A stretch of 50,689 nucleotides of DNA from assembly GCA_035649755.1 (NCBI GenBank), contig DASRIY010000060.1, positions 1-50,689 of the forward strand, given 5' to 3'. Shown piece by piece: positions 7,494 to 19,684 of the stretch. Position 1 is the first letter of the stretch, and each line of letters starts with the position of its first letter. The translations under genes and the position numbers were made by a program. The DNA is from Candidatus Methylomirabilota bacterium. GTDB lineage: Bacteria; Methylomirabilota; Methylomirabilia; Rokubacteriales; CSP1-6. The notes beneath the pieces are model-generated. The model searched no databases and had not been told where the DNA came from. It worked only from the letters and a program-made list of their open reading frames with translations.

Positions 7494-8024
7494 ATGGATG
7501 AAATCGCGGTATTAGTGCTCAACTACACCTTCGAGCCGCTGCATTTCACCAACGCCCGCCGCGCGATCACGCTACTCCTGGCCGGGAAGGCCGAGGCCGT
7601 CGAGGCGTCCCCCCGCGTGGTGCGGTCCCCCTCGGTGACGTTCGCGCTCCCGGCGGTAATCCGGCTGGCCATGTACATCCGCAAGCCGTTTCTCGATCGG
7701 GTCGCCTTCAACAAGAAGAACATCCTGCGCCGGGACGGCTACACCTGCCAGTACTGCAACCGGCGGGGCGAGCGGCTGACCGTCGATCACGTCGTGCCGC
7801 GCTCGCGCGGGGGTGAGACGACCTGGATCAACGTGGTCGCGGCGTGCCTGCGCTGCAACTTGAGAAAGGGGAATCGCCTGCCCGACGAGGTCGGCATGCG
7901 CCTCATCCGCGAGCCGATCCATCCGAAGTTCGTGTTCTCCACGCACATGCTGCGCCACCCCCACGCCCACTCGCTGCTCGATTCGTGGCGCAAATACCTG
8001 CTGGCGGTTCCGACGCCGTCCTGA
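7494..8024 (+). CDS. HNH endonuclease-family protein
   Basis: YTCQYCNRRG...LTVDHVVPRSRGG...NVVAACLRCNLRKGN is a CX2C...DH...N...CX2C HNH/zinc motif. It carries an N-terminal domain of about 90 aa with unknown function. Confidence 0.85.
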   Translation: MDEIAVLVLNYTFEPLHFTNARRAITLLLAGKAEAVEASPRVVRSPSVTFALPAVIRLAMYIRKPFLDRVAFNKKNILRRDGYTCQYCNRRGERLTVDHVVPRSRGGETTWINVVAACLRCNLRKGNRLPDEVGMRLIREPIHPKFVFSTHMLRHPHAHSLLDSWRKYLLAVPTPS

Positions 8025-8036
8025 CGTAGCCCGCTC

Positions 8037-10019
8037 GTGTTCCAGCTGTCCTCCGAATATTCGCCGCGCGGCGACCAGCCGCAGGCCATCGCCACGCTGA
8101 CCGACCTCGTCCGCGAGGGCCGGCGCCACATGGTGCTGCGCGGGGTCACCGGCTCGGGCAAGACCTACTCGATCGCCAACGTCGTCGCCAACGTGGACCG
8201 GCCGACCCTGGTCATCTCGCCGAACAAGACGCTGGCCGCGCAGCTCTTCAGCGAGTTCCGCGCCTTCTTCCCGTCGAACGCGGTCGAGTACTTCGTGTCG
8301 TACTACGACTACTACCAGCCCGAGGCGTACATTCCCCAGTCGGACACCTACATCGAGAAAGACGCGCTCATCAACGACGAGATCGATCGGATGCGCCACT
8401 CGGCGACCAAGTCCCTGCTGGAGCGCCGCGACGTGATCGTCGTCGCTTCGGTCTCGTGCATCTACGGCATCGGCGAGCCCGACACCTATCAGGGGCTCCA
8501 CCTCGAACTGGGCGAGGGCGAGCGCATCGAACGCGACGAGATCATCCGCCGGCTCATCGCGGTGCAGTACGAGCGCAACGACTACGATTTCCACCGTGGC
8601 ACCTTTCGCGTGCGCGGTGACGTGGTGGAGGTGTTCCCGGCGAACGAGGAGTCGATCGCGCTGCGGATCGAGCTCTTCGGCGACGTCGTCGACGCGATCT
8701 CGCGCATCGACCCCCTCCGGGGCGCCGTGCTGGAGCGCGTCGATCGGGTTCACATCTATCCGGCGAGCCACTACGTTACCGAGGCAAGCCAGCTGGCGCG
8801 CGCGTTCGAGACCATCCAGGAAGAGCTCGGCGAGCGGCTCGGGTTCCTCCGCCAGAAGAACCGGCTGCTGGAGGCGCAGCGGCTTGAGCAGCGGACCCTC
8901 TTCGACATCGAGATGCTCCGCGAGCTCGGCTACTGCCACGGCATCGAGAACTACTCCCGGCACCTGACCGGCCACCGGCCGGGGGAGGCGCCGCCTACCC
9001 TGATCGACTACCTGCCGAAGGACGCGCTGATCGTCATCGACGAGAGTCACGTCGCGGTGCCGCAGATCCGGGGTATGTACTACGGGGATCGGTCGCGCAA
9101 GGAGGCGCTGGTCGAGTATGGATTCCGGCTGCCCTCCGCGTTCGACAACCGCCCGCTGACATTCGACGAGTTCACCCGGCGGACCGGCCAGACCATCTAC
9201 GTCTCGGCGACGCCCGCAGCCTACGAGCTCGAGCTCGCCCCCGATGCCCTCGCCGAGCAAGTCATCCGGCCGACCGGGCTGATGGACCCGCGCATCATCG
9301 TGCGGCCGGCGAAGGACCAGGTCGACGACCTGCTGGGCGAGCTTCGCGCGCGCGCGGACCGCGACGAGCGGGTGCTGGTGACCACCCTGACCAAGCGCAT
9401 GGCCGAGGACCTGACCGAGTACTACCAGCAGCTCGGGCTCCGGGTGCGTTACCTGCACTCCGACATCGACACGCTCGATCGAGTCGCGATCATCCGCGAT
9501 CTGCGGCTGGGCAAGTTCGACGGCCTCATCGGGATCAACCTCCTGCGAGAGGGGCTCGACATCCCGGAGGTGTCGCTGGTGGCCATTCTCGACGCCGACA
9601 AGGAGGGCTATCTCCGCTCGGCGACCTCGCTCATCCAGACGGCGGGCCGGGCGGCCCGCAACGTCAACGGCGAGGTCATCATGTACGCTGATCAGATGAC
9701 CGAGTCGATGTTGGCCACGACCCGGGAGACCGAGCGGCGGCGCGAGCTCCAGGGCGCCTACAACGAGGCCCACGGGATCACGCCGGAATCGATCAAGTCG
9801 TCGATCCACGAGCTGCTCCAGACGATCTACGAGCGCGACTACTACACGGTGCCGGTCGAGGAGAAGGCCCCGGAGACGTTCGAGTCGCCGGCGGCCCTGC
9901 AGGCGCGCATCGGCGAGCTGGAGACGCGCATGAAGGAGGCGGCCAAGCGCCTCGACTTCGAGCAGGCCGCCGAGCTGCGCGACCGGCTCAAGGCGCTCCG
10001 CAAGCAGCAGCTGAAGTGA
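8037..10019 (+). CDS. uvrB: Excinuclease ABC subunit B
   Basis: GVTGSGKT Walker A, helicase motifs, and the C-terminal UVR domain ([13 protein letters not shown]). Confidence 0.97.
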   Translation: MFQLSSEYSPRGDQPQAIATLTDLVREGRRHMVLRGVTGSGKTYSIANVVANVDRPTLVISPNKTLAAQLFSEFRAFFPSNAVEYFVSYYDYYQPEAYIPQSDTYIEKDALINDEIDRMRHSATKSLLERRDVIVVASVSCIYGIGEPDTYQGLHLELGEGERIERDEIIRRLIAVQYERNDYDFHRGTFRVRGDVVEVFPANEESIALRIELFGDVVDAISRIDPLRGAVLERVDRVHIYPASHYVTEASQLARAFETIQEELGERLGFLRQKNRLLEAQRLEQRTLFDIEMLRELGYCHGIENYSRHLTGHRPGEAPPTLIDYLPKDALIVIDESHVAVPQIRGMYYGDRSRKEALVEYGFRLPSAFDNRPLTFDEFTRRTGQTIYVSATPAAYELELAPDALAEQVIRPTGLMDPRIIVRPAKDQVDDLLGELRARADRDERVLVTTLTKRMAEDLTEYYQQLGLRVRYLHSDIDTLDRVAIIRDLRLGKFDGLIGINLLREGLDIPEVSLVAILDADKEGYLRSATSLIQTAGRAARNVNGEVIMYADQMTESMLATTRETERRRELQGAYNEAHGITPESIKSSIHELLQTIYERDYYTVPVEEKAPETFESPAALQARIGELETRMKEAAKRLDFEQAAELRDRLKALRKQQLK

Positions 10020-11896
10020 GTCTCCTCGAAGACAAGCTCGCCCGGGTCCCAGACCAGCCCGGTGTCTACCTGTACCGGGACGGCAAGCAGCAGGTGCTCT
10101 ACGTTGGCAAGGCCGCCTCCCTGAAGAGCCGCGTGCGCTCGTACTTCCAGGAGTCGCGTCCGCGCGATCCCAAGACCGACGCGCTGGTCCGCCAGGTCCG
10201 CGACCTCGAGTACATCGTCACCGACAACGAGCTCGAGGCGCTGATGCTCGAGGCCAACCTGGTGCGGAAGCACCGGCCTCGCTACAACATCATCCTGCGC
10301 GACGACAAACACTATCCCTTCCTGAAGCTCACCACCAACGAGCCGTTCCCGCGCCTGGTGGTGGCGCGGCGGGTCCAGCGCGACGGCGCCCAGTACTACG
10401 GGCCGTTCTATCCAGCCACCGCGATGCGCGAGACGCTCCGGCTCACGCGCCAGCTCTTCCCCCTCAGGACGTGCTCGATCACGATCGATGGCTCGCTCGA
10501 GCGGCCGTGCATCCAGTACGCGATCCATCGCTGCAACGCGCCCTGCACGGGCTGGGAGACCCGCGAGGGCTACGCCAGGACGGTGCAGGACGTCATGCAT
10601 TTTCTCGAGGGCCGGGACGAGGAGCTGGCGCGCCGCCTCACCAAGGAAATGGAGGAGGCCGCCGCCGAGCTCAAGTTCGAGCGCGCCTCGGTGCTGCGCG
10701 ATCAGATCCAGTCCCTCAACAAGGTGCGGGAGCGCCAGAAGATCATCTCGACGGAGGACGTGGACCAGGACGTGGTCGGCGTCGTCCGCCAGGGCAGCGA
10801 CGCCTGCGTCGAGCTGTTCTTCGTGCGCAAGGGCCGGCTGGTCGGGCAGGAGCCGTTCTTCTTCGACCGGGTCGCCGGGTGGAGCGACGGCGAGATCCTC
10901 TCCGCGTTCGTCCGCCAGTTCTACGGCAAGACGGTGCCGCCGGCGCCGGAGATCCTGCTCTCCGAGGAGCTGCCGGAGGCCGAGCTGACCGCCGAATGGC
11001 TCGCCACCCTCGGCGGCGGCCGCCGCGTCCAGATGCTGGCACCCCAGCGCGGCGCCAAGCGGCAGTTCGTCGCGATGGCCGAGGCCAACGCCGCCATCGC
11101 GCTCCAGAACCGCCTGCTCTCGCGCGACAACCGACAGCAGCTCGTCCTCGAGGAGCTCCAGCGCGCGCTCGGCCTGCCGGGGCTGCCCAATCGCATCGAG
11201 GGCTACGACATCTCCAACATCCAGGGAACCGAGCAGGTCGGCTCGATGGTCGTCTGGGAGAACGGCGGCCTCAAGAAGGACGACTACAAGCGATTCAAGA
11301 TCCGCACCGTGGCCGGCGCCGACGACTTCGCCTCGATGAGCGAGGTGCTCACGCGGCGATTCGCGAAGGCGCTCGAGCAGGGGAGCGTGCTGCCTGACCT
11401 CGTCCTGATCGACGGTGGACGCGGCCAGCTCAACGTCGCGCTCAAGGTGCTGCAGGACCTCGGACTCGACTACATTCCGGCCGTCGGGCTCGCCAAGCAG
11501 GCCGAAGAGGTTTACCAGGCCGACAGCCTGCACCCCCTCGTGCTCGATCAAACTTCGCCCGCGCTCCACACGCTGCAGCGCATCCGCGACGAGGCCCATC
11601 GCTTCGCGATCACGTATCACAAGAAGCTCCGCGCGACCCGCACGATCCAGTCGGTGCTCGACACGATTCCGGGCGTGGGGCCGGCGATCCGGACGAGCCT
11701 GCTCAAGACCCTCGGCTCCGCGCGGCGCATTCGCGAGACCTCGGTGGCCGAGCTGGCGGCGGTGCCGAAGGTCACCCCGAAGCTCGCTCAGCGGATCTTC
11801 GACCACTTCCACCCCCCGGCCAGGGAACCCCAATCCACAGGGGACTGTTACAATGCGGAGAGCCTACCGGCTCAGGAGGGGGGTGACAGCACATGA
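10016..11896 (+). CDS. uvrC: Excinuclease ABC subunit C
   Basis: GIY-YIG N-terminus (PGVYLYRD...VLYVGKA), UVR domain, and C-terminal HhH. The GTG start overlaps the uvrB stop (GTGA). Confidence 0.96.
   Translation: MSLLEDKLARVPDQPGVYLYRDGKQQVLYVGKAASLKSRVRSYFQESRPRDPKTDALVRQVRDLEYIVTDNELEALMLEANLVRKHRPRYNIILRDDKHYPFLKLTTNEPFPRLVVARRVQRDGAQYYGPFYPATAMRETLRLTRQLFPLRTCSITIDGSLERPCIQYAIHRCNAPCTGWETREGYARTVQDVMHFLEGRDEELARRLTKEMEEAAAELKFERASVLRDQIQSLNKVRERQKIISTEDVDQDVVGVVRQGSDACVELFFVRKGRLVGQEPFFFDRVAGWSDGEILSAFVRQFYGKTVPPAPEILLSEELPEAELTAEWLATLGGGRRVQMLAPQRGAKRQFVAMAEANAAIALQNRLLSRDNRQQLVLEELQRALGLPGLPNRIEGYDISNIQGTEQVGSMVVWENGGLKKDDYKRFKIRTVAGADDFASMSEVLTRRFAKALEQGSVLPDLVLIDGGRGQLNVALKVLQDLGLDYIPAVGLAKQAEEVYQADSLHPLVLDQTSPALHTLQRIRDEAHRFAITYHKKLRATRTIQSVLDTIPGVGPAIRTSLLKTLGSARRIRETSVAELAAVPKVTPKLAQRIFDHFHPPAREPQSTGDCYNAESLPAQEGGDST
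11846..11854 (+). promoter_or_regulatory. Extended -10 box TGtTACAAT inside the non-conserved 3' tail of uvrC
   Basis: gacTGtTACAATgcgg lies 38 nt upstream of ATG 11893, with AGGAGG at 11874-11879 in between. Confidence 0.4.
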
Positions 11897-12138
11897 GAAA
11901 GCTCATGGCAGTCACAGCTGTAGCGGTCGCGCTGGCCTTCACCAGCGGCGCCGCGTTCGCGAGCTCGTGTCCCAAGGTCATCAAGGAGACGCGGGATACC
12001 GCCGCCAAGATGAAGGCGGACGATCCGAAAGTGAAGAAGGCGGTGGCTCAGCTCGACGAGGCCCAGAAGCTCCACGACTCGGGCAAGCACGCCGAGTCGC
12101 TGAAGCTGGCCAACGAAGCTGCTGCATCCCTGAAGTAA
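11893..12138 (+). CDS. Small secreted Lys/Ala-rich helical protein (81 aa), unknown function
   Basis: Strong SD (AGGAGGGGGG). Signal peptide [23 protein letters not shown]. The ATG overlaps the uvrC stop (ATGA). Confidence 0.65.
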   Translation: MRKLMAVTAVAVALAFTSGAAFASSCPKVIKETRDTAAKMKADDPKVKKAVAQLDEAQKLHDSGKHAESLKLANEAAASLK

Positions 12139-12152
12139 GAGCTCGGTTCCGA

Positions 12153-12184
12153 CGTGGCGCGGCCCGAAGAGCGGCCGCGCCACG
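12153..12184 (+). terminator. 12-bp GC hairpin after the small secreted-protein gene (no U-tract)
   Basis: cgtggcgcggcc pairs with ggccgcgccacg across an 8-nt loop, 15 nt after the stop codon. Confidence 0.4.
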
Positions 12185-12223
12185 CCGACCAGCTCCCTCG
12201 ACCTCGCCCCCGCCAGCACTTTC

Positions 12224-12252
12224 TTGCCCCGGCCTGCCAAGGATGTTAGAAA
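12224..12252 (+). promoter_or_regulatory. Candidate leuS promoter TTGCCC-N17-TAGAAA with TGt extension, 10 nt from the ATG
   Basis: TTGCCC at 12224-12229 and TGtTAGAAA at 12244-12252. The sequence from box to ATG 12263 (tttacgaaac) has no SD. Confidence 0.5.
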
Positions 12253-12262
12253 TTTACGAAAC

Positions 12263-14787
<2,525 letters not shown>

Positions 14788-14791
<4 letters not shown>

Positions 14792-15297
14792 GGGGAGTAG
14801 GCCGCGCGCTCGCGCTCGGCCTGCTCGCCGCCGCCGTCGCCGGCTGCGGGTATTCGTTCCGCGGGACCCTTCCGGAGCACATCCAGACCGTCGCGGTGCC
14901 GATCTTCGTCAACAAGACCGGGGAGCCCAAGCTCGGGAGCGTGCTGACGAACGGAGTCCTCGAGGCCTTCTCCACCAACGGGCGGCTCCGCGTGGTCAGA
15001 CGCGAAGACGCCGACGCCGTCCTGGAGGGCGAGGTGATCGGCTACTCCGTCGTGTCGATCTCGTACGACTCGAACGCCAACGTGCGGCAGTACCGCTTGA
15101 CCGTCACGATGAACCTCAAGCTGCTCGACATGAAGAAGAGCGCCGTGCTGTTCGAAGAGCACGGCCTTAGCGAGAAGGCCGACTTCAACGTCCAGAGCGC
15201 CGTGTCGCAGACCATTGCGGTCGAGGAGACGGCTGTGCGCTCGGCCGCCATCGAGATCGGGCGGGCGATCGTGAGCATCACCCTCAGCCGGTTCTGA
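14788..15297 (+). CDS. lptE: LPS-assembly lipoprotein LptE
   Basis: Lipobox VAGC followed by GYSFRG, plus the conserved leuS-lptE-holA gene order. GTG 14788 overlaps the leuS stop. Confidence 0.85.
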
Positions 15298-15301
15298 GCG
15301 C

Positions 15302-16309
15302 GTGGTGGACCACACCGCCTTCGCGAAGAGCGTGGAGCGCGGCGAGGCGCCGGCCGTCGCCTTGCTCCACGGGGACGACGGCCAGCTCCTCGACGACACC
15401 CTCGCCGCGGTGACCCGCGCGCTCTTCCCCGATCCCTCGCTGGCCGCGTGGGGGCGCGAGGTCTTCGACGGGCTCGAGCACTCGGTCGACGAGATCGTGC
15501 AGTCCGCCATGACGCTCCCGTTCGGCGGCGGTCGGCGACTGGTCGTCGTGCGCCGGGCCCAGGCCCTCAGCGCGAAGACGGCGGAGTCGCTCGCCGTCTA
15601 TGTCAAGAGCCCGAACCCGGCCACGTGCCTCCTGCTGCTGGCCGACGAGTCGCTCCGCGCAAACCGCGACCGCCGCGACCACTGGCTGCTCGGCGCCGTG
15701 CCGGCGGCCGCGATCGTCACGCTGCCCGATCGCGCGCCGCGCGAGCTCGCGGGCTGGCTCCGCCAGCGCGCGGCGCTCGAGGGGCTGACGGTCACCGACG
15801 AGGCGGCGCGCCTGCTCGTCGAGCTGACCGGCGAGGACACGGCGACCCTGATGGGCGAGGTGCGCAAGGCGGCGCTGGCCGGCGGACCCGACAATCGCAA
15901 CGTGGGCGTGCGGGACGTCGGGGCGATCGTCGGCGAGCATCGGCTCAGCGAGCTCTTCGACCTCCCGCGGGCCGTCGAGAAGCGAGACGTGGCGGCTGCC
16001 CTCCGGACGCTCGACCGCCTGCTCGCCACCGAGGACGCCCTGCTCCTGCTCGCGGTCCTCGTGCGCAATGTGCGGACCGCGTGGACGGCGGTCGCGGCGC
16101 GGCGCCGGGGCCGGTCCGTCGACGAGATCGCCCGCGCGCTCCGCCTGCCACCGGGGGTGATCGCGACGCTCACGAGCGCCGAGCGCCCGGACACCCACTT
16201 CGCCCGGCAGATTCGGCGATGCTGGGAGACCGAGCACCGGCTCAAGAGCAGCGGCGAGCCCCGGGCGGAGATGGCGGCGCTGGTGGCCGATCTGTGCGCG
16301 GAGCGGTGA
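15302..16309 (+). CDS. holA: DNA polymerase III delta subunit
   Basis: 335-aa protein with a delta-subunit N-terminal pattern (LLHGDD...LPFGGGRRLVVV), in the conserved position after lptE. Confidence 0.85.
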   Translation: MVDHTAFAKSVERGEAPAVALLHGDDGQLLDDTLAAVTRALFPDPSLAAWGREVFDGLEHSVDEIVQSAMTLPFGGGRRLVVVRRAQALSAKTAESLAVYVKSPNPATCLLLLADESLRANRDRRDHWLLGAVPAAAIVTLPDRAPRELAGWLRQRAALEGLTVTDEAARLLVELTGEDTATLMGEVRKAALAGGPDNRNVGVRDVGAIVGEHRLSELFDLPRAVEKRDVAAALRTLDRLLATEDALLLLAVLVRNVRTAWTAVAARRRGRSVDEIARALRLPPGVIATLTSAERPDTHFARQIRRCWETEHRLKSSGEPRAEMAALVADLCAER

Positions 16310-17673
16310 TCGGCCGCTCGATCCTCGCCGGCCTTCTCCTCGGGCTCACGTCGATCGTCGCCTCCGCCGGCGCGGCCGAGCGCTGCGCCGAGTGCGTGAC
16401 CGCCGGCGCCGGCTACGCCGCCTTCCGCGTGCCGCCCGGGACGCCGCTGGCCGGCTACGGCGGCCTGCAGCGACGGCTGCTCTTTCCCGATCTCTTCGGC
16501 CGTTACCGCTATGCCTTCTGGTTCCGGCCGTCCGCCGGCCAGCACGATCCGGTGGGGGCGCGGGCGCTCGTGCTCGAGAACCCGAAGGCGCGCGTGGCGT
16601 GGGTCACGGTCGACCTCATCGCGGTCGATCGCGCCTTCACCACCGCGCTCCAGGAGCGCCTGACCGCGACAAGCTTTCCGCCGGCGACGCTCATCGTGTC
16701 GGCTTCCCACACGCACTCCGGCCCCGGCGCCTTCATGGATTCCGAGCTCAGCGGCCTGATCGCCGTCGATCGCATGGACTCGACAGTCCGCTCCGCGCTC
16801 ATCGAGGGCGTGGCGGCGGCGATCCGTCGGGCCGACGGCGCGCGAGCGCCGGCGCTCTTCGCCGCGACCCGGGTGACAGCGCCGGCCGTCACCTCGAGCC
16901 GTATCCGCGAGCCCCTCGATCCGGAGATCGTGGTCCTCAAGATCACGCGCACGGACGGCAAGCCGCTCGCCGTCGTCTGGAACTTCGCGATCCACGGCAC
17001 GATGTTCCCGGCGGGAAGCCTGCAGCTATCGGGCGACGTGACGGGTGCTGCCTCCGCGATGCTCGAGCAGCGGCTCGGCGTGCCGGCCCTCTTCGTCAAC
17101 GGAGCCGTGGGCGACGTGAGCCCCGCGGGTCACGGCTTGACCGCGCTGAGCGAGACCGCCGGCGCGCTCGCGGCGGCCGTCGAGACCGGCTGGGCCGAGG
17201 CCCGAGCCGTGCCCGCCGTCGGGCTGCGCGTCGCGCGGCAAACCGTCGCGTTGCCGCGGCCGGCGGTATCGCTCAAGCGCTGCGCGGGCGGCTGGGTGCC
17301 CGGGTTCTTCGCGCTTCCGCTCTTCGGGCTGGCGGCCGAGACCGAGCTGATCGGCGCGGCGGTCGGCGACACGGCCTGGGTAACGATTCCCGGAGAGCTC
17401 CAGACGTCGTTCGGCCTGGCGATCAAGCGCGAGCTGCGCGGGCTCTTCGGCGCGGTCTTCCTGGCGGGCTTATCGAACGACTACCTCGGCTACTTCATGG
17501 GGCCCGAGGCGGCCGCGAGCAAGAGCTACGTCGCCTGCGCGACGCTCTACGGGCCGGACACCGCGAGCTGTCTCGCGGACGGCGCGCTCGATGTCTTCTA
17601 CCGGCTGGCCGAGCGGACGCGTCCGGCGGGCCGCTCGTCGCCTCGGTGCGCCGCGGGTAGGGAAACGCGGTGA
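16306..17673 (+). CDS. Neutral/alkaline ceramidase N-terminal-domain protein (secreted)
   Basis: Signal peptide, then GYAAFRVPPGTPLAGYG and the SASHTHSGPG metal-binding motif typical of the neutral ceramidase catalytic domain. GTG 16306 overlaps the holA stop (GTGA). Confidence 0.7.
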   Translation: MIGRSILAGLLLGLTSIVASAGAAERCAECVTAGAGYAAFRVPPGTPLAGYGGLQRRLLFPDLFGRYRYAFWFRPSAGQHDPVGARALVLENPKARVAWVTVDLIAVDRAFTTALQERLTATSFPPATLIVSASHTHSGPGAFMDSELSGLIAVDRMDSTVRSALIEGVAAAIRRADGARAPALFAATRVTAPAVTSSRIREPLDPEIVVLKITRTDGKPLAVVWNFAIHGTMFPAGSLQLSGDVTGAASAMLEQRLGVPALFVNGAVGDVSPAGHGLTALSETAGALAAAVETGWAEARAVPAVGLRVARQTVALPRPAVSLKRCAGGWVPGFFALPLFGLAAETELIGAAVGDTAWVTIPGELQTSFGLAIKRELRGLFGAVFLAGLSNDYLGYFMGPEAAASKSYVACATLYGPDTASCLADGALDVFYRLAERTRPAGRSSPRCAAGRETR

Positions 17674-17708
17674 GGCCAGCCCGGCGCGAGACGCGGCAGG
17701 AACGGGGG

Positions 17709-17957
17709 CTACGCGGTGGCGAGACGCCGCGCGAGCGCGGACTTCTTACGCGCGGCGGTGTTGCGGTGAAGCACGCCCTTGCTCACAGCCTTGTCGAGAA
17801 CGCGGATGGCCTCGAGGATGGCCGCCGGGCGCGCGGCGCCCTCGGCAGCGCGCGCCGTCTTCACCGAGCCGCGGATCTTCGAGCGCATCGCCCGGTTGCG
17901 CAGACGGCGCCGCTCGTTCTGCCGTATGCGCTTCATCGCCGACTTCGTATTCGCCAC
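17709..17957 (-). CDS. rpsT: 30S ribosomal protein S20
   Basis: (M)ANTKSAMKRIRQNERRRLRNRAMRS is an unmistakable S20 N-terminus. GTG start with AAGGAG 7 nt upstream. Confidence 0.95.
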   Translation of the reverse strand: MANTKSAMKRIRQNERRRLRNRAMRSKIRGSVKTARAAEGAARPAAILEAIRVLDKAVSKGVLHRNTAARKKSALARRLATA

Positions 17958-17969
17958 GTGAACGCTCCT

Positions 17970-17987
17970 TCGATTCGCTCGATTCGC
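17970..17987. repeat. Tandem 9-bp repeat (TCGATTCGC x2) in the rpsT leader
   Basis: Read directly. On the minus strand it is GCGAATCGAGCGAATCGA, immediately 5' of the rpsT SD. Confidence 0.85.
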
Positions 17988-18007
17988 CGTCAGGTACGCC
18001 GTGCATC

Positions 18008-19612
18008 ATGCCGTACCGACGCTGGAATTTCAAGGTGAGCCGCAGCGAGGGACAGGTCGTCCGGGCCCTCGGCGGCATCGCGGGTGCGACCCTGGTCAGC
18101 CGTGTGCTCGGATTCGTGCGCGACATGGTGGTGGCGCGCGCGTTCGGCGCCGGCCCAGTGACCGACGCGTTCTTCGTCGCGTTTCGCATTCCCAACATTC
18201 TCCGACGTGTCCTGGCCGAGGGCGCCCTGTCGACCGCGATGATCCCGGTCTTCACCGACTACGTCGCGACCCGGGAGCGGCCCGAGCTCGTCCGGATGCT
18301 CCGCGCCGTGCTGGGGCTGGCGCTCATGGCGCTGACCGTCACGACCGTGCTGGGCATCCTCGGCGCTCCCTGGGTCGTTCGCGTCATCGCGCCGGGATTC
18401 ACGAGCGACCCGGGGCAGGCCGAGCTGGCGGTGCGGCTGACCCGGATCATGTTCCCGTACCTCATCCTGGTCGGCCTGGCGGCGATGGCCACCGGCGTGC
18501 TGAACTCCCACGACCGCTTCTTCGCGGGCGCGATCGGCTCGGCCGTGCTGAACGTCGGGATGATCGCCGCCGTCCTGCTGCTCGCGCGTCACGTCGAGCC
18601 GCCGATCGTCTCGCTGGCCGTCGGCGTCCTCATCGGCGGGCTCGGCCAGCTGCTCGCCCAGCTCCCGGATCTGTCGGCCTGCCGGCTCCTCATCGCGCCG
18701 TCGGCCGAGCTGCGTCATCCGGCGATCGCCCGGATCACGCGCCTGCTGCTGCCGGCCGTCTTCGGGCTGGCGGCGGTGCAGGTGATGGTCTTCGTCAACA
18801 CCCTGCTGGCCTCGCTCCTGCCGCTCGGATCGATCTCGTACCTGTACTACGCCGACCGGGTCATGGAGTTTCCCCTCGGGGTGTTCGGGATCGCGCTCGC
18901 GTCGGCATCGCTGCCCGTCATGTCGCGCCAGGCCGCGACGGGCGATCACCGAGCGCTCGCCGGCACGCTGAACTTCGCGCTGCGGCTGGCGCTCTACGTG
19001 TCGCTGCCGGCTACGGTGGGTTTGGTCATGCTCCGGACGCCGATCGTTCGGGTGCTGTTCGAGCGCGGCCGATTCGGCCCGGCCGAGACCGCGGCCACCG
19101 CGGAGGCGCTCGCGTGGTACGCGGTCGGGCTCGTCGCCTTTGCCGGCTCGCGCATCGCCGCGCAGGTCTTCTACGCGCTCGGCGAGGCCGGCACCGCCGT
19201 GCGGTGGGGCGTCGTGGCGATCGCCGCCAACGTGGTAGCCGCGCTCGCACTGATGTGGCCGTTCGGCTTCGCCGGGCTCGCCGGCGCCTCGTCCGTGGGA
19301 GCACTGGTGAACTTGCTCGCGCTCATCGTGATCGCGCGCATCCGGCTCGGCCGGCTCGGCGGCCGCGCGCTCCTGAGCAGCGCTTTTCGCACGGCGCTCG
19401 CGTCCTTGCCCCTGGCCGCCGCGTGCTGGCTCGCGCTCGCGCTGTGGCCGCCGAGGCCGACCTTCGCGCTCGACGTCGCCTGGCTCGGGGCCACGATCGC
19501 AGTCGGCGGTACGGCCTTCTGGGCGGCCAGCGTCGCGCTCGGCATGTCGGAGCGGACGGTGCTGCTGCGGCTCTACGCGCGGCGCGAACGCGGCGAAGTC
19601 GCCGAGATCTGA
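18008..19612 (+). CDS. murJ: Lipid II flippase MurJ
   Basis: SRVLGFVRDMVVARAFGAGPVTDAFFVAFRIPNILRRVLAEGALS matches the MurJ/MviN N-terminus. Start is ATG 18008; GTG 18035 is an alternative. Confidence 0.92.
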   Translation: MPYRRWNFKVSRSEGQVVRALGGIAGATLVSRVLGFVRDMVVARAFGAGPVTDAFFVAFRIPNILRRVLAEGALSTAMIPVFTDYVATRERPELVRMLRAVLGLALMALTVTTVLGILGAPWVVRVIAPGFTSDPGQAELAVRLTRIMFPYLILVGLAAMATGVLNSHDRFFAGAIGSAVLNVGMIAAVLLLARHVEPPIVSLAVGVLIGGLGQLLAQLPDLSACRLLIAPSAELRHPAIARITRLLLPAVFGLAAVQVMVFVNTLLASLLPLGSISYLYYADRVMEFPLGVFGIALASASLPVMSRQAATGDHRALAGTLNFALRLALYVSLPATVGLVMLRTPIVRVLFERGRFGPAETAATAEALAWYAVGLVAFAGSRIAAQVFYALGEAGTAVRWGVVAIAANVVAALALMWPFGFAGLAGASSVGALVNLLALIVIARIRLGRLGGRALLSSAFRTALASLPLAAACWLALALWPPRPTFALDVAWLGATIAVGGTAFWAASVALGMSERTVLLRLYARRERGEVAEI

Positions 19613-19659
19613 GCGCCGTCGCGCGTCGACGCGGACGCTTCACCCCCGATGGAGCGTCG

Positions 19660-19668
19660 TGATATTAT
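19660..19668 (+). promoter_or_regulatory. Extended -10 box TGaTATTAT upstream of xerD
   Basis: cgTGaTATTATcc lies 16 nt upstream of ATG 19685, with no SD in between. Confidence 0.4.
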
Positions 19669-19684
19669 CCGACGTGGTCACTCT

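Noticed and set aside
15448-16305. N-terminal 286 aa of the 741-aa ORF 15448..17673
   Set aside because: This part is an out-of-frame read over holA. The ceramidase-like similarity and signal peptide begin only at GTG 16306, which overlaps the holA stop.
19618-19636. Perfect 12-bp palindrome CGCGTCGACGCG just after the murJ stop, as a terminator or a dif-like Xer site
   Set aside because: There is no loop and no U-tract, so it is a poor terminator. It is far too GC-rich and too short to resemble a 28-bp dif site. It may simply be chance in GC-rich DNA.
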